Assembly (NCBI RefSeq): GCF_009914755.1
Contig: NC_060932.1
Reading direction: 5' to 3' (one strand)
DNA length: 64,000 bases
Origin: the human T2T-CHM13v2.0 reference genome, Homo sapiens
Both the position numbers and the translations under genes were made by a program. The first letter of the stretch is position 1. The number at the start of each line of letters is the position of its first letter. Positions 15,176-26,970 of the stretch are shown piece by piece. A model generated the notes under the pieces. That model saw only the letters and a program-made list of their open reading frames with translations, was not told the DNA's origin and searched no databases.

Positions 15176-18100
15176 CACAGTCTCTCTGTTTTTTTTTTTT
15201 TTTTTGGTCATTTAGTTTGCAGAGGTGGCTTAGGGTAAGGCTTATATTTGAGAAATGGTAGTAAATTGGAGAAATGAAATAGGCCAATTACATTTTGAGG
15301 CAGATCTGGCTTTATACCAAAATATTAAAGACTTCTATGAGATGCTGCCCTTCATACACTTAAATCCATGGCTGTTACCAGAATCCAAATGCCAAGTCTG
15401 GCAGAATAAGGAAGGGAATTTAAACTATTCATCCATTATATCAAAGTGAGCCTGTTGCCTCTTCTTACCTCATGCCCAGAAGTCCTATATAAAATCTCTC
15501 TTTTTATATACTGTGAAAAGGCATTATTATTATACTTATTGTTAATATTATTAAAAGGTGATTTTAATATTAAATATTAATTACATTAGTTAATGTGTTA
15601 TAGTATTTATGAACTAACGATCTAATTAATTTATTAAATTTGATTAGTTTGATATTAATATTAAATATGAAAACGTAGCTCAGAAAGGATATGTTTTAAA
15701 GGAAACTAATTTCAAAATCCAGTGAGAATCTGTTGACCTTTTTTATAAACATTCACGTTTGAGTAAAATCTTTCCTGCCTCTTTTCCATTGAATGGCCTG
15801 AGTGGATGTTTAGCAGCAGGAATAAAGGAAAGAATTATGAGCTACAAATATCACTATCTGCTCTTGTGACAGTACAAACAACAAGAATAATCTGTCCTGT
15901 GTGTTTTATTCCCATTTAAAAGAAAACAATTAGCTTCTATATTCTGCTGGAGCTCTGACAGTCTCATGAATGAACCTTTGTCCTTCCCTGGCTATTGTTT
16001 GGTTTGTACATATGCATCCTGGAGCTTTGTAACCAAATATGGAGGGTGTAGTGATCATGAAAATTAACAATAGATGTAAAGACTAGAATCTGACAACACT
16101 GACAAAGAACAAAAGACAACATATTATCTATTGTAATTTCTAGATGGGGAAAACAAGACAAAATTGTAGCTTATTAGGATCTGGTCCTCATTGAACTTGG
16201 GATTTAAAGTAAAACAAAAACAAACTGTTTGTAAATTATTGTTTGATTTCCTCCTTTATCAGACAAAGAGTTTTAACTTTGGAAGAAAGGCTATGCTGAT
16301 GACACAGTAAAAATTATAGGTGATTGATCGCCAGTTTGGCAATCCCCAAATCTACTTGTATACTTTTCTGCTCCTTATCACCCATCTCTTAAACTTCCAT
16401 TGGGTGTTAAATGGCCTTTTTAAGAGTAACCCCAATGAGACACGGGAACCTATGTCTCCATGCCCCAGATAACCCAAGGGACTAGCTGGAGATTTGGAGA
16501 GATTTACTGGAAATATCAGCCCCAAACCTATGTAGTGCTTTTCAACTCCAAAGAGAGATTTAAAGCCACATATGGAAGCCTCAAGGGAGAGCATGACTTT
16601 TGAAGAGCAGAGACTGGCCTCATGAAAGTTTAGAAATGGCCCCTTTAATTCTTTGGCACCTAGACAAGTGAATCAAACAAGGGTTCCCAATCGTCCCTTC
16701 AGTTCCCTCTACCTCTCACCACATTGGCCTCCTCCTCTCCACTCTCACCACTACTGTTAAGATTCTTGTGATCTCGTCCAAGAATTATTTTCATATCCCT
16801 ACTTACTGTGTGACTCTGGGTGATACAGGAATTACTATTAAACAGTTTCCTTCTTTTCACAATGGAGTTAAATTTAGAATCTACCTCAAAGGAGTGATGC
16901 CTAGATTAAATTATATAAAAATGCTAAATCTAGCACATAATCAATAAATGTTTGGTAACACAATAGAAATCAATACTTCTAAGGCATAGTTTCCACATCC
17001 TTGATTTCATAAAAAGAATGCAAGTTTCAATGTTTTAGATTACCATAAAAGACAGTGATTCGTTTGTTGCTGACACAAACAACATCTATTTCCTCCCAAA
17101 CAAAAGTTGGATCATGCTGGAGTAGCACAGAAGCACAAGAGAAGCACATGATCCAGTAATTGTGTGGTAAGGAAGATTTTGAGTAGTGACTTCTGGTCAT
17201 TTGAAGAGCTCTAATCACAGGCTTTAGATGTTCACAGAACAATCATCAAGAGGCCATTTACTGAAAAGGACATCTGTCCTGGAAAATAGAAACTTCATTT
17301 ATAATATTGTTTCTACTAATGAGGATTATGTCAAGACTGATAAGAGTTTTTATATCTGTTTGCAGAGTTCAAGATTTCAACATTTTAAGATAATCTGAAA
17401 AAAATTGGAATGTGCCCCCAGCTGCGTGAGTAACTAAAGATAACAGTAACCAAGTCTCATTGGATGACCCAGTTCAGCTAAAAGCTTCTCTTACAGATGA
17501 TGCTATATTCTTGAGAGGAGCTTAGAGTGACTGTGTGGTTCACAAACTGTGCAAATCAAAATGTAAATTCTTAGCTTATCTAATAATTGATTTATTGTGT
17601 AAGGTACAATAAATGGTTTAACCACTCTGAAATTTATTTTCAAAATAAAATGAACTCTAGATGTATTCCTAACAGATGCAGAGAAACTCACACTAGGATG
17701 CCTTGAGGTTTTCTGAGATGTTTATTTATCCTTTGTTTCAATAGTGAGAACTAATTAGAATAAAATAAAATTAATGAGAGCTAATTAGAATAAAGATAAG
17801 ATTGATTATTTCTACTTCCAGTTAAAACTAAAGATGCAGAATCAATTTTATGGAAAAAAAGGTTGCCAGGTTTTACTAAATTCAAGGCTGTTTTTTTCCC
17901 TCTATTTGTTTAGGATAAACATAGGCTTCTTCCTGCATGTCAATACAATACTACATTTGGCAAGTGTCTCCTGTTTCCAGATGATCCCGGCAGTTCATTG
18001 TTCGGGATATTGATTTTAATTAGCACAAGTGGATCAGCAGCTCTCACTTCAGTTGATCTGAAAATCAACATCTCTAGATGCTTTTCCTCTGCTCTTCCTT

Positions 18101-18824
18101 CCTTCAGAAGAGGAAACGCAGTTTTTCATGTTTGAAAATCAATAGAATAATTGCAGGCCAATAACTCTATGCCAGCAGAACTCATCTGTGAACAACCAAA
18201 AGAAAGAAGCCAAAAGAATGGTTGATTCATTTTTGTTGTAATATACAATTACTTAGAGCACTGTTCCTATAGAGGAGATCTAGTCAGAAAAGAATTAAAT
18301 CACTCCTTCCAACAAAATTGCTTATGCAGGTAAATAGAAACCAAAAGTCAGTGTATGATAAAGAAGAAAGCTACCATTTGAGGAAGAAAAGCCCAGGTAG
18401 TGGGTCTGAGAAGTTACAAACATTTAGTACTGCCAGCAACATCAGTTGGCTCTCTTGGTAGTTTTCCACGGAGGTTTTACATTCAGCTTTTGCCTACTGA
18501 CATGACCTGAACTTGCCTTGAATTTCCTTTCACTGAGCACTGGGGATTACATATTTTTCCAAATGCAACGGTCTAAATATTAAGTAAATTTCAAACTTCA
18601 GATGAAAATTTTTAGAAGGGTAGGTGGAACCTATTTTGAAGGTCTCTTTTAATCTTCCAATTAATTTCATGAGTTTATTGCTTAGAACTTGATCCTAGAG
18701 ATTATCTTGTAAAAAGCTTATAATTTTCTTTCTAGGATAAGAGAATCTCTCAGGAGGCTGAATTTAATAAATTATGTTGTCGAAATGTCATCAATAAGCA
18801 AACACCAATTCAATGTCTTTCTAA

Positions 18825-18970
18825 TCAAACTCATAGCAATAGCAGAATGGTGGTTTCTAGGAACAAGAAAAGGTAGGGAGTTGATAAGTAGATGTAAAGT
18901 TTCAGTTATGCAGAATGGGCGTGGGAAGAGCTTTTAGAAATCTGTTGCACAAAAATGTGCATATGGTTCT
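18825..18970 (+). mobile_element. L1MA/L1MB 3'UTR fragment followed by (TG)n at 18982-19002
   Basis: AAACTCATAG..AGAATGGTGGTT and AAAGTTTCAGTTATGCAG. Confidence 0.6.
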
Positions 18971-19019
18971 ATCCAAGTCTCTGTGTGTGTGTGTGTGTGT
19001 GTGCATATGTGTTTGTAAA

Positions 19020-19830
19020 AATTTTTTGGTCAGTGACTTAAATGAGGACAGAAATACTATGTTTGGCAAACTGACAAACTTACTGAATAAGTGGTCATTG
19101 TGATAACATGAAGGCAGAGGAAAAAATACGTTAAAAATGGCTTTAAAGTTATGATAAACAGATCTAACAAGACAAAATGTAATAAACTAAATATTTATCA
19201 AATATAAACACATAAACATAAGCAAAATACAAAATATATTTCTATATTTTATGCAATATGGTTATATAATATATAAATAATGTGTAAATGTTATATATTA
19301 ATAAAATAACATAAAAATAATACATAAATATATAATCAAGCATAAAAATGTAAATATATAAAGACAAAATCCTTCCCATCAACAATCCCAGGTTCAGGAT
19401 AGATGCTTATGGCTAAGTAGTCCTTATGTGAAAAGCAATCTGATTTTGTAGTTGCCATCAAAACTTATATGAGTAATGTGATGAGGCTGGGCCAATAATT
19501 AATGAGCTGAGCTACACACATAAAATTTTAGAGTCCAGAACAAGGAAATAATTTTTTTTTCTCGCACTGAATTATGTACATGCTAGAGGACCACTGAATT
19601 TGTATGTACATTTCAGGGAGACATACCTACAAGGATGTTTGGCAAACTTTAATATTAAAAAGACAGAGAAACAGAAAAATGTAGATGATTTGGTGTGAAG
19701 AAGTAAGCCTTCAAAATTAAAAGATATACTTGAGAGACTTTCTTAAAGATCACTGGGTTTGTAAATGCTGAGAATTAGATAAATTCCTTTGCAGTTCTAT
19801 AGAACAGAATGGAAATAAAAAGTATAAAAT
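19020..19830 (+). mobile_element. L3/CR1 LINE fragments, highly degraded
   Basis: ATGTGAAAAGCAATCTG, ATATGAGT..TGTGATG and TAGAGTCCAGAACAAGG resemble CR1 3' ORF2. Confidence 0.45.
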
Positions 19831-19889
19831 TATATCAGCAAATAGATGCTATGGTTCTATCTACATCACCAGTTTTGGCAAAGAAGAGG

Positions 19890-20265
19890 TGCTATGGTTT
19901 GAATGTGTCCCCCAAAAAGCATGTTTTTGAAATGTAATCCCCAATGCCACAGGGTTGGGAGGTGTGTTTTTGAAACTTAATCCCCAATGCCACCCTAATG
20001 GAAGGTGTTTAGATCAAGAGGACTCCATCCTCATGAAAAGATTAATGCTAACTATAAAAGGGCTTGAGGCTTCAACTTCTATCTCTTACTCTCCCTTTCC
20101 TTCTCTTTGCCCTTCTACCATGTGATGATGCAGCAGGAAGGTCCTTAGTAGATGCCAGCCCCTCAATCTTGGACTTTCCAGCCCCCAGAACCAATAAATC
20201 TCTGTTCATTATCAATTATCAAGTCTCAGTTGTTCTGTTGTAGCACCACAAAATGGACTAAGACA
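19890..20265 (+). mobile_element. MST-family (ERVL-MaLR) solo LTR
   Basis: TGCTATGGTTTGAATGTGTCCCC start, AATAAATCTCTGTTC, and AAATGGACTAAGACA end. An internal ~28-bp duplication lies at 19922 and 19966. Confidence 0.9.
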
Positions 20266-21534
20266 AAAAGAAAAGGTTTATGTAAGAGATGTACAGTGCC
20301 TGACACCTGAAAGCCACTCAATGCATGGTAGTAGCTATTGTTGTTATTATAATCACTTTGTTTATTTGAGGAAAGGGGGTGAGTATTATCTCTCAGACCC
20401 TTCTCATCAATTCTCTTACTTCTCTGAACATAAATTTAATATGATTAAGGCTTCTTCAATTAATTGTTTATATATATATAATTCTTAAATTCATATTGTA
20501 TGGCAATGAAGTAGATGAAGACAATTGTTTAGAAAGCCAATAAGAATAAAATTTACTGCTGCAACTATGGTAATCACAGAACTTTTCCCAATGATATTTG
20601 TCCCAAGATACACTGCTCCTTATTCACTTGTCCATTAGAGACTCTAGCTGAAAAGCAATTAATCAGATTTTTTCAGATGAGAAGTTCTATTTTCATTATT
20701 CCTGTATTCCTGAATTTATTTTTGGGAGCTATTTTAGACATTTTAAATTGAAGTTTCTTTATTAAACTAAATACTTGACAAGCCAGCACAAAGCAAATTT
20801 GTCATGTTTGTTTATGGAACCTAGTAATACTGGGACTCTGGTGGCTATGTATTTCTGATGGAAAAGATAACTGAACCATTCTACAATTGGGTAGTAAATG
20901 ATTATAATAGTTTTATCATCCTGTAATAATTGCCTTGTATTAAAGTGTTTCCTGAGTCATTAAATCTCAAGGATATCTATTTGGTCATGTTTTCTTGTGG
21001 TATTTCAAGGCTACTGGTGACTTCTTCAACAGTTGAGAAACTGAACTATGTGTTCATGAAAATACTCCATCATTAAAGTTTATGGTAAGTCTGATACCTA
21101 TCTAAATAATAAGCAAACTTTAAAAGACACTATCTTTTAATAGTATGATTTATCATCATCCTCATCATTGATATCATCATTATTAAAAGAGAAATAATTA
21201 TAAATGACCAAAACTTTTCTCATAATTACTATTCAGTTTATACTAATTCCAACCTCAAATTATATCTCTAAAAATCTGTAGGATGTTGTAAGAAGTTAAA
21301 ACAGTTGCCTATAGCACATAAATGCTCTTCTCTACTTTGCTTTTTTCCTCTTTTATCTCTACATCCTTCCTCCTTGGAGTTTTTTCCTCTCAATTTATTC
21401 ACTCATTTTTGTCTCCAACATTGCTTTTTCTCTCCAATTTTATGAATGAAAATCCAAAGAAAAGCCTTAGTTTATATCTGAAATATCTACATACAGTATA
21501 AAGAGAAACATATTTGCTTTTTGTCCTTAGAGCT

Positions 21535-21965
21535 CTTAAAATCCTTGGAAATGAAGATTCAGGAAGCTTCCTGGTTGGTGAACACACCAAAGTTTAGGAG
21601 GGTGGTTCCCCCAGAAATAACACAGAAACACTACACCCTACCCCCATACCTTGTTCTATGAATCTTTTTCATTTTGCTATTCTTCAGTTGTATCCTTTCC
21701 TGAGGTCTGTCAGCCATTCTAATGAAGCATCAGACCTGAGGAGGGAGTTATGGGAACCCCTGATTTAGAGCCAGTTGGTCAGAAGTACATGTGGCCCAAG
21801 ACTTGGAACTGCTGTTTGAAGGAGAGGCAGCCTTGTGAGACTGAGTCCTTTAACTTGTGTCTGACACTAAATCCAGGTAGATAGTATCAGCATTGAATTG
21901 AATTTGTAGACACCCAGTTGGTGTCAGAGAATTGGAGAACTGATTGATGTTAGAAAACACCATAC
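21535..21965 (+). mobile_element. MER21(C)-like LTR fragment
   Basis: AGCTTCCTGGTTGGTGAACAC, ATGGGAACCCCTGATTTA, GCCAGTTGGTCAGAAGTAC and GACACCCAGTTGGTGTC. Confidence 0.8.
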
Positions 21966-22205
21966 TACAGATTTTTTTAAAATTAGCAGATGATTAGATA
22001 ACTACCTGTGATAATTATATCCTTGCTTATTAATAAGGCATTCAAAAGCTACTTACAATTGCATTTTGTATTCTAGGGCTGACTTTTGCTCACTCTTTAA
22101 ATGACTTAAAAGTAGGACAGGTAGACAATTCTGATGTAATCTTCTTTCTTAAAGACCATTGGATTTGTAAATGCCAACCAAGCAATATTAAGACATTTTA
22201 TGTAG

Positions 22206-22482
22206 GGCCAGGCATGGTGGTTCATGCCTTAATCCCAGCACTTTGGGAGGCCAAGGCAGGTGGATCACCTGAGGTCAGGAGTTTGAGATCAGCCTGACCA
22301 ACATGGAGAAACCCTGTCTCTAAAATTAGCTGGGTATAGTGGTGCATTCCTGTAATCCCAGCTACTCAGGAGGCTGAGGCAGAAGAATCGCTTGAACCTG
22401 GGAGACGGAGGTTGCACTGAGCCGAGATCACACCATTGCACTCCAGCTTGAGCAACTAGAGCAAAACTCCATCTCAAAAAAA
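22206..22482 (+). mobile_element. AluS (AluSp-like) with a 15-bp TSD
   Basis: Diagnostic CTGACCAACATGGAGAAACC. TSD AAGACATTTTATGTA at 22190-22204 and 22483-22497. Confidence 0.93.
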
Positions 22483-22685
22483 AAGACATTTTATGTAAAG
22501 TTTATTATAATAGTTATTATATTACACATATGCAATATGTATTTATTATTGCCCTTGTGGAGAGAAAAATCTCAAATTACAAGTAAAGATTCAATTCTTT
22601 ACTTGGGGGCAGCACCAGGTAGCAAACTGTATGTCTTAGATAAAATTGAATTAACTGTAAGAGGACTCTGCTTGTTTAAAAAAGG

Positions 22686-22688
<3 letters not shown>

Positions 22689-22727
<39 letters not shown>
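22689..22727. repeat. (TA)n microsatellite
   Basis: Read directly from the sequence. Confidence 0.97.
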
Positions 22728-22732
<5 letters not shown>

Positions 22733-23084
22733 TTTAAAACATCTATATGTGGGTGAGAATTACATTATGGATGATTTATTTACACACCAAAACTATATTG
22801 GCTTCTTTTATAAAACAATATAAATTTTTTTCCAATGGTCGATAAAACTCAAATGCCTTTAGGGGCCAGACAAATAACAGGCTACAATAGCAACAAGAGA
22901 GATAAAATCATAAAGAACAAACATTAAGAAAGTAGTATACATGAAGATTTCAATTATAAATTATCAGTCTATGAAAATAAGAACTGCAAACAAATCATGA
23001 TCTCTTAGAAAATTTGTTTTCCATAATGTACAGTAATAGAAGTTATCGTTAATTTTGTTGTTGAATTGAGCAACTTAAAAGAGG

Positions 23085-24375
23085 GATTAAAAACAAGGAA
23101 AAGCATTGTACATTGAGAACTACAAATCATTACTGAAAGAAATTAAGAAGTTCATAAATAAGTGGAAATACATCTCATGTTCATGGGTTTGAAGACTTAA
23201 TATCATTAAGATGTCAATACTACCAAAGCAATTGACAGATTCAGTGCAATCCCTATCAAAATCTCAATGATGTTTCTGCAGAAATAGAAAAATGTAGCCT
23301 AAAATTCATATGGAATCACAAGGGACCTTGAATAGCCAAAACAATCTTGAAAAAGAAGAAAAAAGTGAGAGGACTCATACTTCCTGATTTTGAAACATAT
23401 TACAAGTCTACAGTAATCAAAATAGTGTGATACTAGCATAAGAGAGATATATAGATGAAACAAAATATAGGACCCAGAAATAAACACTCCTATATATGAT
23501 CAAATTATTTTTCACAAGGGTGCCAAGACCAGTCAATGGGGAAAGGACAGTCTTTTCACAAATGGTGCTGGGAAAACTGGGCATTCACCTGCAAAAGAAT
23601 GAAGTTGCACCCTTAACTGACATCACATACAAAAATTAATTCAAAATGGATCAAATACATAAATGTAAGACCTAAAACTATAACACTCTTAGAAGAAAAC
23701 ATAGGGGGAAATTGTCACAACATTGGATTTGGCAATAATTTCTATGACATCAATAGCATATGCAACAAAGAAAAATTAGACAGTTGGACTTTATGAAAAT
23801 TTTAAAAATTGTGCATCAAAAGACAGTATCAACAGAGTAAAAAAGCAACCCACAATGGGAAAAACTGCAAATTACATATCTGATATGAGATTAATATTCA
23901 GAATATAGAGAGAACTCCAAAACTCAACAAGAAAAAACAAACATCCCAATTCAAAAATAAGCAAAGGGCTTGAATAGACATTTCTCCATAGAAATGTACA
24001 AATGGCCAATAAGCACATGAAAAGATGCTCAGCATCACTAATCATTAGGGAACTGCAGATCAAAACTACAATAGGATACCACATTATACCCATTAGAATG
24101 GCTACAATTTAAAAAAAAAGAAAATAACAAGTGTTGGCAAGAATGTAGAGAAAATGGAATGCTTGTGCATTGTTGGTGGGAATGTAAAGTGGTGCAGTCC
24201 TTCTGAAAAACAATATGCTTACACCTGTAATCCCAGAGCTCTGGGGGCCGAGGTAGGAGGATCACTGGAGCCCAGGAGTTCAAGACTAGCCCGAACTGAA
24301 CTGTATACTCATAAGTGGTCAAGATGGTAAATTTTATGTTATATGTATTTTATAATAATTTTTAAAATGGGAAAA
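23085..24375 (+). mobile_element. L1MB-type LINE-1 (ORF2 3' part and 3' tip) with an internal Alu fragment at 24216-24293
   Basis: ORF2-like GCAATCCCTATCAAAAT, AAATGGTGCTGGGAAAACTGG and AAAAGATGCTCAGCATCACT. Terminal GGTAAATTTTATGTTATATGTATTT. Confidence 0.9.
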
Positions 24376-24399
24376 AAGGAAAATTTTAAAAACAAACCT

Positions 24400-25356
24400 T
24401 TGAATAAAAATTAATCCATAAATTCATATTGATAAGAAAGAAAGAGAGGGACAGTAAGGAAAGGAGGGAGGGACAGAGGAAAGAAGGAGGGAAGAAAGAA
24501 AGGAAGGAAAGGAGAGAATAAGGGAGGGAGGGGGGTGAGAGGGAGGAAGGAAAGAAAGGTGGAAAGAAAGAAGAAAGTTAATTTCTTTCTTACAGTATGG
24601 TGCTGATTAATACAGAGACAGAACAATGAACTTAGAAAATAATCTGTTTACATCCATCATCAGAAAAATGATTTAGGCAAGAATCATTGATGGATGCTAA
24701 ATCAAAGTAGGGAAAGGCATTGAACAAGAATCAGGATGTCTACAGTCTCAAAGTATCTCTCGCTAATTATTTAATAATGACAGAGGGAAAATAGCAACAA
24801 TACAGTGGAGAAAATAGGCAAAACCTTCACCAAGTGATGAAAATTAACACCACCAAGGAAAGGCAGATGGGCATCTTGTGCTGCCAGAAAGACACAACAT
24901 CTGTTATAGAGTATTCCAGCCAAGAATGCATAACCTAAATCTGGTTATGAGGAAACATTTGAAAAATCCAAACTAAATGACATTCTATAAAATAACTGGC
25001 CTGCATGCTTCAAATATGTCATCGATATAGCAAACAAACAAACAAAAACCAAAGTAAGGCTGAGGGTCTGGTTCGGATTGAAGAAACTAAACAGTCATGA
25101 CAACTAAATGCGAAATACGTTCTTGGACTAGGTTATGTATTGGTGGAAATTGCTCTAAGAAATATTATTTGAACTAGGGGATGAAAGTAGAATATGGAAT
25201 ATAGATAAGATAAATGTATCAATGTCAAATTCTCTAAATGTAAGTATTGTATTGAAGTTATGAATTTTAATTGTTCTGGGAAATATGTAAAGACTGAAAT
25301 ATTAAGAAGTAAGGGGCAATAATGTATGCAATCTACTGTCAAATAGTTTTAAAGAA

Positions 25357-25394
<38 letters not shown>

Positions 25395-25495
25395 CTGGAG
25401 AGACAGAGAGAATGACAAAGCAAATGTGACAAAATGTGTAAACATTGGTGAGTCTAGGTAAAGCATGTATAGATGTTCTCATTTCAAATTTTCAA
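24400..25495 (+). mobile_element. L1MC-type 3'UTR with a purine-rich tract (24432-24577) and (TG)n (25359-25390)
   Basis: TTTAGGCAAGAATCATTGATGGATGCTAAA, TACAGTGGAGAAA and ATTCTATAAAATAACTGGCCTG. Confidence 0.7.
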
Positions 25496-26469
25496 AATTA
25501 AAAATTAGATTTCAGAATTTTTTAATTCTGAAGAAATTGTGTGGGGTAAATGGATGAAAACAATCTGTAAGTCTAATTCTATCCATGGGCTGCCAGTTTG
25601 CAGCCTCAGGTTTAAAACATCATTTGACTTCCCTGAAATAGCTAAGGAAATCATTAAAAAACAAACCAAAAAACCCACCCATTTGCAATGAAACAGAAAT
25701 CAATGAAAATAAAAAGCTTTTAAAGTTTCCCACCTCAAGGCTGTTGTCTGGGGTGTGATTTCTTCCTAAAAATTAATTTTGAAAAGGATAAAGGAGGGAA
25801 ATTTCCAAACAACACAATATTGTTTTGTAAAAATTTCAACTTAAGTCAAAGGAGTGAGGTTTGTGAAGGGTCCTGAGAGTCAGATTATCCTCCCATCCAG
25901 ATCCTCTCCTCTTATCATGGTGCAGGAGCATTGTTTTATCAGGTGGACTGGAGAGTAAGAAGTTACACCAGATGACAGTTTTCCAGATAACAAGCTTTCA
26001 CTTTAAATTCTCTTTCTAAAATTTTATTTTTTTCTAAAATACTTCCTATCATTAGGGTATACTTTCATCAATCTTCTTTCCATCATGTTTCAGCTAACGT
26101 TATTTGTTTTATTCGTCAGTGCCATAACACAGGACTTATGTTCAATTTGCTGGTAGAATCTTGTTAAAAGGCAGGAACGTCATAGGTTAAAAAAAAAAAA
26201 ACTATGGGCTTCCCATAGAAATATAGATGGATTCTCCAGACCAGGTTCTTCCACCAATACACTAGGAAAGCTTTGGTTAATCATTTAGATTCACCGGGAT
26301 CTAGTTCATCTGTAGAAAAATTTAGCTAAATTATATCACCTCTGAGGTCCTTCCAGATCTAGTAAGCATCATCCATTCAGAAGCTGATTTGTTTTCATTC
26401 TCGAGACTGGACAAGAGGTAGGCATTTACAACAATGGTACTAGGCTTTATTTTTTCAGGTACTTTTGTT

Positions 26470-26725
26470 TCATTAATTTTTTAAATTGACAAATAAAAAT
26501 TATATATATTTATGGTGTACTACATAATGTTTTGACCTATGTATACATTGCAGAATGGCCAAATCAAGCTAATTAACATAGCTATTATTTAACGTACTTA
26601 TCAGTTTCTGTGGTGAGAATGTTTGAAATCTACTCTTAGTAAGTTTCAGGTATATAATACATTGTTATTAACTATAGTCACCATGTTGTATAATAGACTT
26701 CTGAACTGAAATTTCATATCTTTTG
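26470..26725 (-). mobile_element. L1MA 3'-end fragment
   Basis: TTTTTAAATTGACAAATAAAAATT..., AATCAAGCTAATTAACATA and TTAACTATAGTCACCATGTTGTA. Confidence 0.85.
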
Positions 26726-26970
26726 CAGTGGTCCCCAAGCTTTCGATTGTACTCTCCAACCCGGAAAAGGTGGAACATGGATCCCCAATATATGCATATT
26801 AATTGGCACATGATATCCATGTAATGTTCCACTAATAGGTAAATTGAGAAAGCACATTTAAAATAGACATTTAAAAAGAAAAATACAAAAAATAAATTAT
26901 AAAGGAGACCCTAATACTTTTTTCCAGCACACAATGCATCTCCTTGCCCACTCTAATTTGCATACCACTG
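26726..26970. mobile_element. hAT-Charlie-type MITE
   Basis: Terminal inverted repeats CAGTGGTCCCCAA and TTTGCATACCACTG. Confidence 0.5.

Noticed and set aside
15520-15672. AT-rich segment with nested palindromes (TTAATATTAAATATTAA)
   Set aside because: Self-complementarity is expected at this extreme AT content.
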